A stretch of 64,000 nucleotides of DNA from Eutreptiella sp. 'Long Island Sound 2002' (lineage: Eukaryota; Protista; Euglenida): assembly GCA_964036045.1 (NCBI GenBank), contig OZ038379.1, forward strand, positions 76,818,001-76,882,000, given 5' to 3'. Below are positions 39,101 to 52,077 of the stretch, piece after piece. The stretch's first letter is position 1; every line of letters begins with the position of its first letter. The position numbers and the translations under genes are program-made. The notes under the pieces were generated by a model that saw only the letters and a list, made by a program, of their open reading frames with translations, searched no databases and was not told the origin of the DNA.

Positions 39101-42100
39101 CACTGTTATTTCGTGGTGTGCCCTGGATGGTCACTGTTATTTCTTGGTGTGCCATGGATGGTCATTGTTATTTCCTTGTCTGCCCTGGATGGTCACTGTT
39201 ATTTCGTGGTGTGCCCTGGATGGTCACTGTTATTTCCTGGTGTGCCCTGGATGGTCACTGTTATTTCCTGGTGTGCCCTGGATGATCACTGTTATTTCCT
39301 GGTGTGCCCTGGATGATCACTGTTATTTCCTGGTGTGCCCTGGATGGTCACTGTTATTTCTTGGTGTGCTCTGGATGGTCACTGTTATTTCCTGGTGTGC
39401 TGTGGATGGTCACTGTTATTTCCTGGTGTGCCCTGGATGGTCACTGTTATTTCCTGGTGTGCTGTGGATGGTCACTGTTATTTCCTGGGGTGCCCTGGAT
39501 GGTCACTGTTATTTCCTGGTGTGCCCCGAATGGTCACTGTTATTTCCTAGTGTGCCCTGGATGGTCACTGTTATTTACTGGTGTGCCCTGGATGGTCACG
39601 GTTATTTCATGTGTGCCCTGGATGGTCGCTGTTATTTCCTGGTGTGCTCTGGATGGTCACTTTTATTTCCTGTGTGCCCTGGATGGTCAATGTTATTTCC
39701 TGGTGTGCTCTGGATGGTCACTTTTATTTCCTCGTGTGCCCTGGATGGTCACTGTTATTTCCTGGTGTGCCCTGGATGGTCACTGTTATTTCATGGTGTG
39801 CCCTGATTGGTCACTGTTATTTCTTGGTGTGCCCTGGATGGTCACTGTTATTTCCTGGTGTGTCCTGGATGGTCACTGTTATTTCCTGGTGTGCCCTGGA
39901 TGGTCACTGTTATTTCCTAGTGTGCCCTGGATGGTCACTGTTATTTCCTGGTGTGTCCTGGATGGTAACTGTTATTTCCTGGTGTGCTATGGATGGTCAC
40001 TGTTATTTCATGGTGTGCCCTGGATGGTCACTGTTGTTTGCTGGTGTGCCCTGAATGGTCACTGTTATTTCATGGTGTGCTCTGGATGGTCACTGTTATT
40101 TCATGGTGTGCCCTGGATGGTCACTGTTATTTCCTGGTGTGCCCTGGATGGTCACTATTATTTCCTGGTGTGCCCTGGATGGTCACTGTTATTTCCTGGT
40201 GTGCCCTGGATGGTAACTGTTATTTCCTGGTGTGCTCTGGATGGTCACTGTTATTTCCTGGTGTGCCCTGAATGGTCACTGTTATTTCCTGGTGTGCCCT
40301 GAATGGTCACTGTTATTTCATGGTTTGCCCTGGATGGTCACTGTTATTTCCTAGTGTGCCCTGGATGGTCATTGTTATTTCCTGGTGTGCTTTGGATGGT
40401 CACTGTTATTTCCTGGTGTGCCGTGAATGGTCACTGTTATTTCCTGGTGTGCCGTGAATGGTCACTGTTATTTCATGGTGTGCCCTGGATGGTCACTGTT
40501 ATTTCCTAGTGTGCCCTGGATGGTCACTTTTATTTCCTGGTGTGCTCTGGATGGTCACTGTTATTTCCTGGTATGCCCTAGATGGTCACTGTTATTTCCT
40601 GGTGTGCTCTGGATGGTCACTGTTATTTCTTGGTGTGCCCTGGATGGTCACTGTTATTTCCTGGTGTGCCCTGGATGGTCACTGTTATTTCCTTGTGTGC
40701 TGTGGATGGTCACTGTTATTTCCTGGTGTGCTTTGGATGGTCACTGTTATTTCCTGGTGTGCCCTAGATGGTCACTGTTATTTCCTGGTGTGCCCTGGAT
40801 GGTCACTGTTATTTCGTGGTGTGCCCTGAATGGTCACTGTTATTTCCTGGTGTGTCCTGGATGGTCACTGTTATTTCCTGGTGTGCCCTGGATGGTCACT
40901 GTTCTTTCCTGGTGTGCCCTGGATGGTCACTGTTATTTCCTTGTGTGCCCTGGATGGTCACTGTTATTTCCTGGTGTGCTGTGGATGGTCACTGTTATTT
41001 CCTGGTGTGCCCTGAATGGTCACTGTTATTTCATGGTGTGCCCTGGATGGTCACTGTTATTTCCTAGTGTGCCTTCGATGGTCACTGTTATTTCCTGGTG
41101 TGCTTTGGATGGTCACTGTTATTTCCTGGTGTGCCCTGAATGGTCACTGTTATTTCCTGGTGTGCCGTGAATGGTCACTGTTATTTCATGGTGTGCCCTG
41201 GATGGTCACTGTTATTTCCTGGTGTGCCCTGGATGGTCACTGTTATTTCCTGGTATGCCCTAGATGGTCACTGTGATTTCCTGGTGTGCTCTGGATGGTC
41301 ACTGTTATTTCTTGGTGTGCCCTGGATGGTCACTGTTATTTCCTGGTGTGCCCTGGATGGTCACTATTATTTCCTGGTGTGCCCTGGATGGTCACTGTTA
41401 TTTCCTAGTGTGCTTTGGATGGTCACTGTTATTTCCTGGTGTGCCCTGGATGGTCACTGTTATTTCCTGGTTTGCCCTGGATGGTCACTGTTATTTCGTG
41501 GTGTGCCTTGAATGGTCACTGTTATTTCCTGGTGTGTCCTGGATGGTCACTGTTATTTCCTGGTGTGCCCTGGATGGTCACTGTTCTTTCCTGGTGTGCC
41601 CTGGATGGTCACTGTTATTTCCTGGTGTGCTCTGGATGGTCACTGTTATTTCCTTGTGTGCCATGGATGGTCACTGTTATTTCCTGGTGTGCTGTGGATG
41701 GTCACTGTTTTTTCTTGGTGTGCGCTGGATGGTCACTGTTATTTCCTGGTGTGCTGTGGATGATCATTGTTATTTCCTGGTGTGCTCTGGATGGTCACTG
41801 TTATTTCTTGGTGTGCCCTGGATGGTCACTGTTATTTCCTTGTGTGCCCTGGATGGTCACTGTTATTTCCTGGTGTGCCCTGGATGGTCACTGTTATTTC
41901 CTTGTGTGCCCTGGATGGTCAGTGTTATTTCCTGGTGTGCCCTGGATGGTCACTGTTATTTCCTGGTGTGCCCCGGATGGTCACTGTTATTTCCTGGTGT
42001 GCCCTGGATGGTCACTGTTATTTCCTGGTGTGCCCCGGATGGTCAGTGTTATTTCTTGGTGTGCTGTGGATGGTCACTGTTATTTCCTGGTGTGCTGTGG

Positions 42101-44410
42101 ATGGTCACTGTTATTTCCTGGTGTGCCCTGGATGGTCACTGTTATTTCCTGGTGTGCTGTGGATGGTCACTGTTATTTCCTGGGGTGCCCTGGATGGTCA
42201 CTGTTATTTCCTGGTGTGCCCTGAATGGTCACTGTTATTTCCTGGTGGGCCCTGAATGGTCACTGTTATTTCCTAGTGTGCCCTAGATGGTCACTGTTAT
42301 TTCCTGGTGTGCTGTGGATGGTCACTGTTATTTCATGGTGTGCCCTGGATGGTCGCTGTTATTTCCTGGTGTGCTCTGGATGGTCAATGTTATTTCCTGG
42401 TGTGGTCTGGATGGTCACTTTTATTTCCTCGTGTGCCCTGGATGGTCACTGTTATTTCCTGGTGTGCCCTGGATGGTCACTGTTATTTCCTGGTGTGACC
42501 TGAATGGTCACTGTTATTTCCTAGTGTGCCCTGGATGGTCACTGTTATTTCCTGGTGTGCCCTGATTGGTCACTGTTATTTCTTGGTGTGCCCTGGATGG
42601 TCACTGTTATTTCCTGGTGTGCCCTGGATGGTCACTGTTATTTCCTGGTGTGCCCTGGATGGTCACTGTTATTTCCTGGTGTGCCCTGGATGGTCAATGT
42701 TATTTCCTGGTGTGCTCTGGATGGTCACTGTTATTTCCTGGTGTGCCCTGGATGGTCACTGTTATTTCCTGGTGTGCTCTGGATGGTCACTGTTATTTCC
42801 TAGTGTGCCCTGGATGGTCACTGTTATTTCCTGGGGTGCCCTGGATGGTCACTGTTATTTCCTTGTGTGCCCTGGATGGTCACTGTTATTTCCTGGTGTG
42901 CCCTGGATGGTCACTGTTATTTCCTGGTGTGCTGTTGATGGTCACTGTTATTTCCTGGTGTGCCCTGAATGGTCACTGTTATTTCCTGGTGTGCCCTGAA
43001 TGGTCACTGTTATTTCCTGGTGTGCCCTGAATGGTCACTGTTATTTCCTAGTGTGCCCTGGATGGTCACTGTTATTTCCTGGTGTGCTTTGGATGGTCAC
43101 TGTTATTTCCTGGTGTGCCCTGAATGGTCACTGTTATTTCCAGGTGTGCCGTGAATGGTCACTGTTATTTCATGGTGTGCCCTGGATGGTCACTGTTATT
43201 TCCTAGTGTGCCCTGGATGGTCACTGTTATTTCCTGGTGTGCTTTGGATGGTCACTGTTATTTCCTGGTGTGCCCTGGATGGTCACTGTTATTTCCAGGT
43301 GTGCCGTGAATGGTCACTGTTATTTCATGGTGTGCCCTGGATGGTCACTGTTATTTCCTAGTGTGCCCTGGATGGTCACTGTTATTTCCTGGTGTGCCGT
43401 GAATGGTCGCTGTTATTTCATGGTGTGCCCTGGATGGTCACTGTTATTTCCTGGTGTGCCCTGGATGGTCAATGTTATTTCCTGGTGTGCCCTGGATGGT
43501 CACTGTTATTTCCTGGTGTGCCCTAGATGGTCCCTGTTATTTCCTGGTGTGCTCTGGATGGTCACTGTTCTTTCTTGGTGTGCCCTGGATGGTCAGTGTT
43601 ATTTCCTGGTGTGCCCTAAATGGTCACTGTTATTTCCTGGTGTCCGTGGATGGTCACTGTTTTTTCCTGGTGTGCTTTGGATGGTCACTGTTATTTCCTG
43701 GTGTGCCCTGGATGGTCGCTGTTATTTCCTGGTGTGCCCTGGATGGTCACTGTTATTTCGTGGTGTGCCCTGAATGGTCACTGTTATTTCCTGGTGTGTC
43801 TTGGATGGTCACTGTTATTTCCTGGTGTGCCCTGGATGGTCACTGTTCTTTCCTGGTGTGCCCTGGATGGTCACTGTTATTTCCTGGTGTGCTCTGGATG
43901 GTCACCGTTATTTCTTGGTGTGCCCTGGATGGTCACTGTTATTTCCTGGTGTGCCCTGGATGGTCACTGTTATTTCCTGGTGTGCCCTGGATGGTCACTG
44001 TTATTTCCTCGTGTGCTGTGGATGGTCACTGTTATTTCCTGGTGTGCCCTCGATGGTCACTGTTATTTCCTGGTGCACCCTGGATGGTCACTGTTATTTC
44101 CTGGTGTGCTCTGGATGGTCATTGTTATTTCGTGGTGTGCCCTGGATGGTCACTGTTATTTCCTGGTGTGCCCTGGATGGTCACTGTTATTTCCTGGTGT
44201 GCCCTGAATGGTCACTGTTATTTCATGGTGTGCCCTGGATGGTCACTGTTATTTCCTGGTGTGCTCTGGATGGTCACTGTTATTTCCTGGTGTGCTCTGG
44301 ATGGTCACTGTTATTTCCTGGTGTGCTCTGGATGGCCACTGTTATTTCCTGGTGTGCCCTGGATGGTCGCTGTTATTTATTGGTGTGCTCCCGATGGTCA
44401 CCGTTGTTCC
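33135..44410 (+). repeat. 31-bp satellite, consensus GGATGGTCACTGTTATTTCCTGGTGTGCCCT, ~364 copies
   Basis: Continuous 31-bp periodicity over ~11.3 kb. The consensus has no stop codon on the + strand, which explains the repeated 31-aa ORF MVTVISWCALDGHCYFLVCPGWSLLFPGVPW. Confidence 0.98.
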
Positions 44411-44743
44411 CTGCTTCGTGCACAAGCAAAACAAGTCACGCCATACAAACACAAAGCAAAGCATGGAAATTGAAGAAGTGACGGCCCCGTATGGGCTGTA
44501 CATACCACCGGAACTCATCATGTGACCTCAGTATGCCGAACATTGCTGCATATGCGTAAAAGGACATGCATGTGTGGAGCGCTGCTTGCCCTGTGTGCGC
44601 CCCCCCCCCGTCTCACTATTGCTAAGCATTCGCCTGCATCCACCACCAATGCACCTGCAGTCCACCTTCGTTCCACGTCCACCCCCGCCGCCATCTCAGC
44701 ACGTGATGCAGTCCATGTACGGTGCAATCATTAGGTGTCCAAC

Positions 44744-45090
44744 AGCAACTGTGGGGTTCTAGCGTTACCCCTTTCGCATCCAACACAAATGACAAAGCAT
44801 CCTAGCCCCTTTATGGGCGTGGGGCAGACACAGGAATTGTGGGGTTCTAGCGTTGCCCCCTTCACATCCGACACAAACAACAAAGCATCCTAGCCCCTTT
44901 ATGGGCGTGGGGCAGACACAGGAATTGTGGGGTTCTAGCGTTGCCCCCTTCGCATCCAACACAAACAACAAAGCATCCTAGCCCCTTTATGGGCGTGGGG
45001 CAGAGACAGCAACTGTGGGGTTCTAGCGTTGCCCCCTTCGCATCCAACGCAAACCACAAAGCATCCTAGCCCCTTTATGGGCGTGGGGCA
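44744..45090 (+). repeat. 88-bp tandem repeat (~4 copies) in the right arm of the hAT-like element
   Basis: gtggggttctagcg at 44751, 44839, 44927 and 45015. Confidence 0.95.
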
Positions 45091-46894
45091 TGCACACGTG
45101 ATATGCAATGCCATGTAAACACACGATGAATACACATGTTACATGGAACCTGCAACAGAAGAAAGAAAGACGTGGGGTGGGACGGACACTAAGCAAGACC
45201 ATGAAGACAGCGCAGGTAAGCTGATGAACCTTTTCAAACCGGTGCCAAATGCGAACGAAAAACAACAATTTTGTCAAATTGTGAAAACTCTAGTTTTCAA
45301 CAAATGCCGGAAAAGATGGCACATGCGCAAAAACAGTCAAAAAACACTAAAAAACACCGAAAAACGCGGGAACCGGGGGAAAAACGGGGGGGGGGGGGGA
45401 ACCAAAAAAACAGCGTTTTTTTTCATTTGACTACGTGGCGGGGCACCAATTAGCACAGGCCTGCCGTATAATGTCACTCTTCAAATTTGTCTGCGTATCT
45501 TCCTCATCAATCTTCAAATTGATCGTTCATAATGTCAGCATCTACCAATGCCTGGATGAGGGGTAGCTTGGGGGAGGCATTTTGATGTGCCATGTCGCCG
45601 TGAAAAAATCCTTGACAATACACACAGAAAAAAAAAGATGTGTTTATGTCTGTACGCATGCGACAAGACAAACCTAGGGGCGACGGACATATGTCCGTGG
45701 TAACCGTGGACAGCCTCCTCCGTTTGGCATTGCCCTTGCTGTAGGGCAAGGGGCGGCAGGACGATATGGGTGATGCCATGGCCTGGGTGAGGCAGCTCAC
45801 TTGGGTTTTGGTTTCGGCTGTTGGTTACCACGAACCATCTGAGATAGGGTGTGTGTGTGTCTGGGCTCAGCCGAAGGCGCCGCGTCAAAGGTGGATGGAC
45901 AGGTGGGGGTAGTCGTGCGGGGCAGGGGTGCCCTGGCAGCAGCCAGGTCCGTTGGCGGGTGGAGAGACGTACTGGTAGTAAAGAGCATCGCCGGTGTGCC
46001 ATGAGCGCACACTATCCAGCAACCCTGGAAGGGCACTTTGATATTGGGTGGACGAGCCATTAGTTTGCGAAGCAACGGCATGGGCAAGCAGCCTTGTGGT
46101 AGGGAGGAAAGGTGTTAGCTAGGTGCCACTTCTTGCATAGTAGCCTAGAAATGGCGCGGCTCATCATGGCGGCCGTTGTACCCCGTCAACGGCGCCTCAC
46201 TATTTTCCACTAGCCTGTACACAGGCACACCTGCCTGTCCGGTGAGACAGCATAGGAAGAGCCAGCGACTGCTAAATCCTTGGGGAGATAGGATCGGTGG
46301 TCTTTGGAAGGAGGGGTGTTTCAACATTGGCTGCGACGATCTTCGGCCGGGGGCTGTGCGCGGGGGGTGGATGAGTGCGAGCAGACCGTAGGATGGTGAT
46401 GCGGGGGTTGGAGGCGTGGGCGGGGGTGTCACAATGGGCTCCCAAGGCGAGGGCTGGGCAAGCCAAAACGGCTGCAGCTCTGGTACCTCCCACTCGTACC
46501 CGTAGTCACAAAGGGCACTATCGAATATCGATGACATGATAGGGCTCAACAAAGGGGGTATTTCAGAGTTGTTTGCACATGCTTGAACCAACCAAAGCCT
46601 TCAACTATGGACAAATCAGTCGACAAAACCATGCAGCATGGTTCCATCATTTCTACAGCATGTGGTGTAACAGCACAAGGACGGTGCCACCTTCAACTAT
46701 TTGTAGCTGCCGAAGGCGGCACATTGACACGTGTAAGCGGCTTTGAGCGCTTACAGGGACGAAATGGCCTACTCCCATGTCGCCCCGTGGATGGCGATTG
46801 CTGTTTAGGGGGTTTGCAAGGGCCCGGTACCATACATTCAAAGTGAGGCTGACGTGCCCATCTAGACTTGGTATTTCCGACATTGAAGCGCGCG

Positions 46895-47625
46895 CTTCAA
46901 ACAACCCGAGGAAATGAGGGGAGGCCGTCAAAGTGACACATTGCCAGACTAATTTGTGTAAGCGGAGACAATAGCGGCTGAAAGGAATGGTGGGGAAAAA
47001 AACCGCTGCTATCCGGCATTTGGGCTTTCTTGTTAGTGTGAAAAAATGTGGCCGCAGGGTCTACACAGTGCCCCACTACGCGCACCTAACCCCGACTTGG
47101 GGGGGAAACCCCCGTTGTGACTAATGTACACCCGGGCCGGTGTATGGCTCTCCTACGACCTTCCCAACATGGCGTACAAACATTTCGCTGTGGTCGGATT
47201 TGGTATGCGGATCTAATGGGACATGCGCCGCACGCACCACGCCACGAGTTACTGCACAAGCATAGAAACACAACCGGACAAAGGAAGAAGCCAAGCTGCA
47301 AACTGAATGTACGATACAATTTCATGTTCCTAATACATCAATTCTCGAGCGCTCATCACGGCAAAGCTCATCCTCACCTTGAGCATCCCTTGGCATTGGC
47401 ATAAGAGTGCAAGGCTCGGAAAGCTGGGGGGGAAAGTCATCACGACAACACACCTGTTCTGTCGGTATAAACTCACTGGCACTCAACGGAGGACCGCCTT
47501 GCTAGACTGCAGACAACCCGAGGAAACGAGGGGAGCCCATCACAAGGACAGATTTTCAGGCTAATTTGTTGAAGCGGAGATGATAGCGGCTGAAAACAAT
47601 AGTGGGCGGAAAAAATGTTTGAAAA
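46895..47625 (+). repeat. Dispersed ~120-bp direct repeat pair (~46900-47020 and ~47512-47625)
   Basis: Both copies read acaacccgaggaaa..gagggg..ctaatttgt..aagcggaga..atagcggctgaaa. Confidence 0.75.
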
Positions 47626-48044
47626 CACACAAGTGACCGTTGTCCATGCCCCGGACATGCCATCTGAATCCGTGCATCGATCATCCCCTCTTGCGTCCGA
47701 GGGGTTAGTCACGCTACTGAGACTCCGGATTCGATTTTCAGGGGGGCGGGGTGGGGCAGTAGCATGCCAAAACAAAGAAAAAATAGGAGCCTAGTTTAAA
47801 CGCCAACAACTGTAGGGGTTGAGGGGTTGAGAGTTCGGGCAGGGAAAAGTCGGCATTTGTGTGTCAGTGAATAGTTTTGAGCCAAGGCAAGAGATGGAAA
47901 TAGCCATCCGTGAGGAGTGGTGGTGCAATTTGGTTTCGAAAATTTGGTATGCTGGTCGGCAAAAAAGGAAGCAATGTGGTTGGTGTAGGTAGTGGGATGA
48001 AAATTATCTTAGAAAAACCTATGGAATCTACACAAAGTGTGGGT

Positions 48045-49295
48045 AAAATTACGGGCCCTAATGACGGGTCCTCTGGAAGGCAACACCTACACGAACCGCG
48101 GGTAGAACTACCGCCGGCACATGGGTGACAACCCTCTTCCAATCGATGGTATCCGCACAATTGGATGTAGTGGGCCCAAGAATGCGGCGGCCAAGAGTTG
48201 CCACTGGAAGGGGGCGATGTATCGAACATGGGAGGCCCTAGCTCAAGGGCTGGGTCTACTGCTTCGAAATGTCGGTAAAGTGGTCCCGCGAGGCTATGGG
48301 CCTGGGGAACGGGAAACCGTGCCGGTGGTGTAGGCGGGCCCCACGGTAGGTCATGAACTCGGACACATGCCACAAGCCATCCTTGGGGACATTAAGGTCC
48401 ATAATTAGCCCGATCAACTCGGGCTCCATGAAGAGGGAGGAGGCATATTGCTTGACCGCCTCAACTTGCTTGTGGTGGATGAGGTGTAGTTGGGCAGCCT
48501 TAGTGGCCTCAACCCATTGGGCCTTGGTCAAAGGGGATGAGGCTAGCCATTCACCAAGGAGTTGTGAGACCAAGGGGTCACGCAAAATCTTGGCCCCATT
48601 CAAACGCGTAAGCGTCATCGTTAGCTTTAGAAGGATGTCGCGAGAAAAAGGCAAAACAAATCTACGCAAGGGAAAAGGGTGGTGGGGAGTGGGGTGAGTG
48701 GAGGGACCAGTGAGGGGTGTGTGGGCTTGGCAAAGAGTGTGGAACCCCTGTACCATGAAATTGCGCACCATTCTACCAAATGAAAACCCCTAGTGGGCAC
48801 GACATGCACATGACTGAATTGGTGCAAATGATCCGAAATGGGGTAAGCGTGTTAATCTTTGGCACGCCAATAAGAAACCATGTTCAAATATCAAAAATCA
48901 CCTACAAGAGAGGTTGTTAGATTAAGCATAGACACATGTCACCGTAGTGCTCGCCCCACATAGATTTTGTAACATGTATTCTTGCCTCCGTAGCTTTGAA
49001 ATTAACTTGTAGACCCCACCTTTATCGGCACGCCCATAAAACCCGGAAATATGCATGGTCCCGGACATGGACCTGCACCTGTAGTTTTGGGCTCCCCCCC
49101 CTAGCCCAATAGCCTATAATTTTACCCGCAGTTGGTGTGCGTGTTGCCTTCAAGATGCCTCATCATAAGGGCCCATAATTTCACCCGCAATTCGGGTAGG
49201 TGTTGCCTTCCAGACGACCTGTCAGAAGTATGTGTAACTATACCCGCGGTTTGGGTAGGTGTTGCCATCAAAATGACCCGTCATAAGTGCCTGTA
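48045..49295. repeat. ~59-bp motif: three tandem copies at 49115-49295 and an inverted copy at ~48045-48112
   Basis: taatttYacccgc.gtt.gggtaggtgttgccttc repeats three times on the + strand. gggtaaaattacgggccctaatgacgggtcctctggaaggcaacacctacacgaaccgcgggtagaa is its reverse complement. Confidence 0.75.
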
Positions 49296-51153
49296 CAACC
49301 GGACTATGAATTGGACTGCTCACCCACAGCCCCCAGGCTTGGGGTAGTCGTTGCTGCGGGGGCTCCGGGATTGCGAGTAGGGTAGGGTTGGTTTGAAGGT
49401 CTGGGAGTAAAGGTTAGGTGAATGGGTGATCGTGGCGGAGGTCGGGTTTACAAATGGGGAGGATGGGGAGTCCTGGGCAAGGATGGTGCGGCGGGCTAGT
49501 GATGGGGAAGGGGGGCTTGAGGGAGAGGACGCCCCCCCCCCCAAACCGAAAGCAAACCCCCACACCCCACCACCAAGCCCCGGGCTAGCAAACTTGGTGA
49601 CAACACGTACGGCTGAGAGTTTGACTCAAGGTCCTACCCCCCCCCCCTTGTCCAAGCAGCCGTAAATGACTAGAAATTGACGGGGCTACGCCTAGTGTTG
49701 CTTGGAGAAGGGTGTTGCTTACGCGTCGCAACTTGCATGATACAAGTGTAAACCGTCCTCACGGCGTTTGAAGCGGAGATGGTGGTACGCACGCAAAAGG
49801 CTGACATATGCAACAAAACACTCATGAGCAGCAATCATTGGTGACTCAAAACTGGCACATACAGGTGGAAAACATTGAACGCTAAGGGTCCACAGGCGCC
49901 GAAATGAAGCCCTTCTTGGTCAAGCTATAATGCATCGTGAACTGTTGGACGTGCTTCTTCTTGCCATGTGCATCACCCTTTGCTGCAGGTCTGGGTGCAA
50001 GTTTTGGGGCTGGTTTTGGGAAGAAATTTGGGCATAAATTGCAGCCCCCATGTTTGCAAACTCCTGATGCTCTGGGCAAAAGATGGGACTCTTGTCGGAC
50101 AATTTCCGCTCATCAACTTTGTCACTAATCCATTCACAACACTGTTGCAACATCAACCTGTCGGAGGTACCACTTATTCTCAACCTGGTCACATGCGGCA
50201 GCCCTCTTGGCCAACAGAGCTGCCTTGGCACAAAATATGAACAACGTGCATCTCAAAACCAAGGTATCGGGAAGCACACGTGGCACACAGTGGCACACAG
50301 TAGAACGAATTGAAAACGCACCACCAAAATCAACGGTTCAACAATTGACGGAACCGACGCGTAGTGTACATGGACATAGGCGTTGCTTGGACAAAGGGGG
50401 GGGTAGGGGGTAGGATCAAGCACTCCTCCACCCACCAAATCAGAAATGACCCCCCCCCAAAAAAAGGCCACCCCCGCCACGCCATCCACACCCTGAAGAG
50501 CACCCCTGCCCCCAAGGGGAAAGGGGGGGGAAGAGCCCGAGGATCCCATCGTTGGGACAGGCCCTCATCCCCTACCCGGGAGGGGGGGGGGGGGGGGCGC
50601 ACTGGTGGTGGAGATGGGCACCGTCCGCCGTGTCCACGGTAGCAAGGTGGGGGCTGTCTTGGGTGAAAAGCCTGGCAGCACCACCCTCTACTACAAGGCC
50701 TGCGGCCTCCTCTTCCCGACCTCTCGGGCGGCCAAGAAACATCTCGAGGATACTCGAAAGGGCAAGAGACCGAAAGCCAAACCCCAAGGCAAGATGGACC
50801 CACAGACTAACCCCCCAACTGACCCCAAGATTGACCCCCGGACTGACCCCTAGACAGCCAACCCCAACCCTACCAACCCATCCCCTAACCCTGCACTACA
50901 AAGTGCCCCAGTGTTGAACCCCAAGACGGGGCCCCAAGAGGTATGGGGGGTATGGGTATGGGGGGCCTATGGCAAAGACAAAAACTGCCCATGGTGGCCA
51001 TGGAAGACAAACTTGATGGTTGATACATGTATTTTATATGTTCTTGTGTTTGTGTAGGGAGGGTTAAAGTCTGCAGGCCGCATTCAATATTTAGAAAGTT
51101 AATATTAACGTCGGCGGGTGATTAATCATTTGAAATTCGATTCAACTTTAACA

Positions 51154-51174
51154 TGTGTGTGTGTGTGTGTGTGT
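51154..51174. repeat. (TG)n microsatellite
   Basis: TG run within an AT-rich stretch. Confidence 0.9.
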
Positions 51175-52077
51175 AGAATTTAATTTAGTTTAATAACAAC
51201 TTTTAACATCTAAAAAAATAATTCAAAAATTAGAGCCGAAATTAAAGCCGATGACCATTTTAAGAAAATTTTGTATTCATGCTGGTTAACGCCCCCCCCC
51301 CCAACTGCCCGGTGAAAATGACACCCAAACACGTATACCACCCCATGGGGGAGAAGAGTTCCCTAATGACCCCCTAAACCCCATAAAAAAAGTCAACTTT
51401 GGGTTGACATTTGAATTTTTGGACAAAAATGAAACCAGATTGGTTTTAACATAGGTTTCTAGGGTTGGCAGGACTGCATGGCCCACTCTTGCCCTTCCAA
51501 ACTGGCACATGGTGGTGTAGTAGGTCGGGGGACACTTTTTGGCTGAGGTGGTCGCATTGCTGGGACCCAGGCACGCAGCCACCAAACAGCACCTGTTTAA
51601 GAAAAAACAGAGACGGCCAAAAATGAAAAAATGAAATTTCCAAGTGGTGCTGTCAGCAGCCCCCTGTGTTTAATTGATTTTTGTTCGTTTCCTTGACTGG
51701 GGCTAAGTGTTTAACGGAGGTTCTGGGAAACGGTCGAGAGTAGTGGGGAGGGGGTTATGTTAGGCTGTGACTGACTGATAGGGTCCCCCCCCTGGAGGCG
51801 CGTAGTAAAGAGTGTAACCCCACTCCCCCATCAACAGAGCGATCATGCATGTTGTGCGTAGCTGGAGCAATTGATCGGACACAGAGCATGGTACATCCAT
51901 CAATCATATGGTCCTCTGCTGCAAAAATTCGTCAGTCTTGAGTGCTTACAGAGAAAACAGTGTGAGTTGACACCGTGTCTCATCTCTATGGTGCGATTCA
52001 CACTGCATGCAGCAGACAATGTTCATTACACAGGCAATTTTTCCTAAAGAAAAACTGTACATCCTCAGTTGTGCATT

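Larger units (their letters stand above)
32714..45463. mobile_element. Non-autonomous hAT-like DNA transposon, 12,750 bp, carrying internal satellite arrays
   Basis: Left end CCGTATAA|CAGGCCTGTT (TSD 32706-32713) and right end ACAGGCCTG|CCGTATAA (TSD 45464-45471) give an exact 8-bp TSD and a 9-bp TIR starting CAGG, the hAT pattern. Imperfect subterminal inverted tracts lie at 32781-32820 (cccgtttttcggc) and 45340-45390 (accgaaaaacgcggg). No transposase seen. Confidence 0.8.

Noticed and set aside
33293-44481. Cys/Trp-rich membrane or metal-binding protein genes
   Set aside because: The same peptide appears in all three frames because the 31-bp unit is stop-free; indels and stop-creating variants are frequent.
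46653-46931. OTU-like protease remnant (GHFVPV)
   Set aside because: A single short motif with no catalytic Cys box identified.
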